NCBI GenBank assembly: GCA_963823035.1
Contig: CAWGKG010000023.1
Span: forward strand, 96,001 to 160,000
DNA length: 64,000 nt
Direction: 5' to 3'
DNA from: an uncultured Gemmatimonadales bacterium
Lineage (GTDB): Bacteria; Gemmatimonadota; Gemmatimonadetes; Longimicrobiales; Gaopeijiaceae
The notes beneath the pieces were generated by a model that was not told the DNA's origin, ran no database searches, and saw nothing but the letters and a program-made list of their open reading frames with translations. Of the stretch, positions 63,170 through 64,000 are shown in pieces (the stretch's first letter is position 1; each line of letters starts with the position of its first letter). The position numbers and the translations under genes were made by a program.

Positions 63170-64000
63170 TGGCCGCGCACACCCACGCCCGGGCCATGCT
63201 CCCGGCGATCGTGCTGGCGGTCGCGTTCGGCGGCCCGAGGGCAAGCGCCCAGACGGTGGTCCCCGAGATCCGCGTCGACTCGGTCTTCGCGGACGTGGAC
63301 ACCCCCACCACGCCGGGCTGCGCCCTGTCGGTCGTGCGCGACGGCGCGCCGATCTACGAGCGCGGCTACGGGATGGCCAACCTCGAGTACGGCATCCCCA
63401 TCACACCGCACTCCGTCTTCCACGTGGCGTCGGTGTCGAAGGAGTTCACCGCCATGGCGGTGGAGCTGCTCGTGAACGAGGGGAAGGTCTCGTGGGACGA
63501 CGACATCCGGAAGTACGTCCCGGAGGTCCCCGACTTCGGCACGCCGATCAAGCTGCGCCACCTCGTCCATCACGTGAGCGGCATCCGCGACCAGTGGAAC
63601 CTCCTGTCCATGGCCGGATGGCGGTGGGAGGCCGACGTGGTCACGGAGGGCGACGTGCTCGACATCACCTCGCGCCAGACCGCCCTCAACTTCCCTCCCG
63701 GCGAGCGCTACCTGTACTCGAACACCGGCTTCACCCTCCTGGCCGTGGTGGTGGAGCGCGTCTCCGGGAAGAGCCTGCGCGCGTTCACGCAGGAGCGGAT
63801 CTTCGGCCCGCTCGGGATGGACGAGACGCACTTCCACGACGACCACGAGATGATCGTGCGCAACCGAGCGTGGGCGTACGCGCCCGACCCGGGCGGGCTG
63901 TACGGCCTCAAGAACTCGATCCCCGACTTCGACGTGGTGGGCGCCACCAGCTTGTTCACCACGGTGCACGACATGGCGGCGTGGGACCACAACTTCATCA
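63166..64000 (+). CDS. Serine hydrolase, beta-lactamase/penicillin-binding family (3'-partial)
   Basis: Translated by hand: PGCALSVVRDG, GYGMANLE, SxxK ASVSKEFTA, HHVSGIRD, YLYSNTGF, IFGPLGM. Runs off the window end. Confidence 0.9.
   Translation, partial: MMAAHTHARAMLPAIVLAVAFGGPRASAQTVVPEIRVDSVFADVDTPTTPGCALSVVRDGAPIYERGYGMANLEYGIPITPHSVFHVASVSKEFTAMAVELLVNEGKVSWDDDIRKYVPEVPDFGTPIKLRHLVHHVSGIRDQWNLLSMAGWRWEADVVTEGDVLDITSRQTALNFPPGERYLYSNTGFTLLAVVVERVSGKSLRAFTQERIFGPLGMDETHFHDDHEMIVRNRAWAYAPDPGGLYGLKNSIPDFDVVGATSLFTTVHDMAAWDHNFI

Overview
High-GC bacterial window. The gene repertoire (ADOP permease plus PadR, BNR/VPS10 protein, Big_2 lipoproteins, Hanks kinases) suggests Gemmatimonadota or a similar lineage; this is inference only. 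The core (about 21.3-48.5 kb) is a type VI secretion system locus: PAAR-like gene, two DUF2169 genes, vgrG, clpV, tssG/F/E/A, tagJ, hcp, tssC/B, an extra TssB-TssC-like fusion, two tssK, tssL and tssM. An Rhs-nuclease/SMI1-KNR4 toxin-immunity pair converges on it. I find no recognisable tssJ or canonical fha/tagH. The locus is flanked on both sides by Ser/Thr phospho-signalling and envelope modules: two Ig-domain membrane kinases, a PP2C phosphatase, an adenylate cyclase-FHA, an FHA-TM-trypsin protease, a pseudo-trypsin, two CsgG-like/TPR proteins, a probable beta-barrel, Ig/FN3/PPC lipoproteins, and a Pro-rich protein with repeated (F/Y)T-x-x-hydrophobic motifs between the tssK genes. The window edges hold a hybrid histidine kinase, a GH3 glycosidase, TauE, PadR/ADOP permease, a methyltransferase, a BNR-repeat protein and a partial serine hydrolase. 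Many genes are broken by single-base indels that look like long-read errors, so split genes were joined by motif continuity. All domain calls come from reading motifs by eye; no database searches were run. No rRNA, tRNA, CRISPR or IS element was recognised.
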